Shown here: positions 5,601-6,007 of the stretch, piece by piece
How the letters are laid out: each line of letters opens with the position of its first letter
Numbering within the stretch: the stretch's first letter is position 1
Origin: a virus
Taxonomy: Duplodnaviria > Heunggongvirae > Uroviricota > Caudoviricetes
Virus record (IMG/VR): IMGVR_UViG_2541047728_000008
DNA: 6,007 bases
Strand: one strand, 5' to 3'
Notes under the pieces: model-generated
Database searches by the model: none
What the model saw: the letters and a program-made list of their open reading frames with translations, nothing else
What the model was told of the DNA's origin: nothing
Position numbers and translations under genes: made by a program

Positions 5601-6007
5601 CAGCACAGATAGCCGCTTACGGGCGGCTGGTGGCTGACCCGCAGTTAAAGACCACCAGCAAGGGCACACAAATGGCTATGGCAAGCATGGCGGTCCCCCT
5701 GCCGTGCAATCAGGCAGATGACGGACAGGCGACGATGTGGTTATCCGTCCTGGCGTTTGGCAGACAGGCCGACGCACTGGCAAAACACCACAAAGGCGAG
5801 CTGGTGAGCGTGGCGGGTAACATGCAGGTAAGCCAGTGGACAGGCCAGAACGGCGAAACGCGGCAGGGCTGGCAGGTTATTGCAGACAGCGTAATCAGTG
5901 CCAGAACGGCGCGACCTGGTGGGAGCCGACGCAAGACCACAGGCACACAGGGTAATCAGCCACCAGCGGGAGGCGATGACCCTTACGGTGATGATATTCC
6001 GTTCTGA
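5597..6007 (+). CDS. ssb: Single-stranded DNA-binding protein (compact SSB, 136 aa)
   Basis: OB-fold SSB signature: YGRLVADPQLKTTSKGTQMAMASMAV ... MWLSVLAFGRQADALAKHHKGELVSVAGNMQVSQWTGQNGETRQGWQVIADSV parallels E. coli SSB ([28 protein letters not shown] ... [50 protein letters not shown]). Short Gly/Pro-rich linker and C-terminal acidic tip DDPYGDDIPF match the canonical DDDIPF tail. Stop TGA is the last codon of the window. Confidence 0.85.
   Translation: MTAQIAAYGRLVADPQLKTTSKGTQMAMASMAVPLPCNQADDGQATMWLSVLAFGRQADALAKHHKGELVSVAGNMQVSQWTGQNGETRQGWQVIADSVISARTARPGGSRRKTTGTQGNQPPAGGDDPYGDDIPF

Noticed and set aside
5369-5946. Minus-strand ORFs 5369..5572 and 5710..5946
   Set aside because: Antisense to the 85-aa gene and to ssb respectively; no start signals; shadow ORFs.

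Overview
This window looks like the integrase-proximal end of an integrated P4-like or PICI-like mobile element, read entirely from sequence and motif recognition with no database search. Left to right: a complete P4-family tyrosine integrase (1-1239), an AT-rich intergenic region with palindromes, an AlpA-family regulator (1649-1858), then a regulatory switch the ORF track hides under a largely spurious 304-aa ORF. That switch holds a minus-strand Arc/Mnt-like ribbon-helix-helix gene (2204-2383), a possible second small minus-strand ORF, a minus-strand terminator, and three 13-bp palindromic operators overlapping divergent promoters. A rightward, translationally coupled operon follows (three small proteins of 67, 75 and 99 aa, then a 582-aa SF3/D5-type replicative helicase). 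Downstream is a dense iteron array built on TGTCTACC (10 exact GTCTAC/GTAGAC hexamers in about 230 bp), the probable origin, then an 85-aa unknown protein coupled to a compact SSB with a DDIPF tail. No tRNA, rRNA, CRISPR array or transposase was recognised. The most interesting candidates are the hidden repressor-operator switch and the iteron origin with its own SSB.
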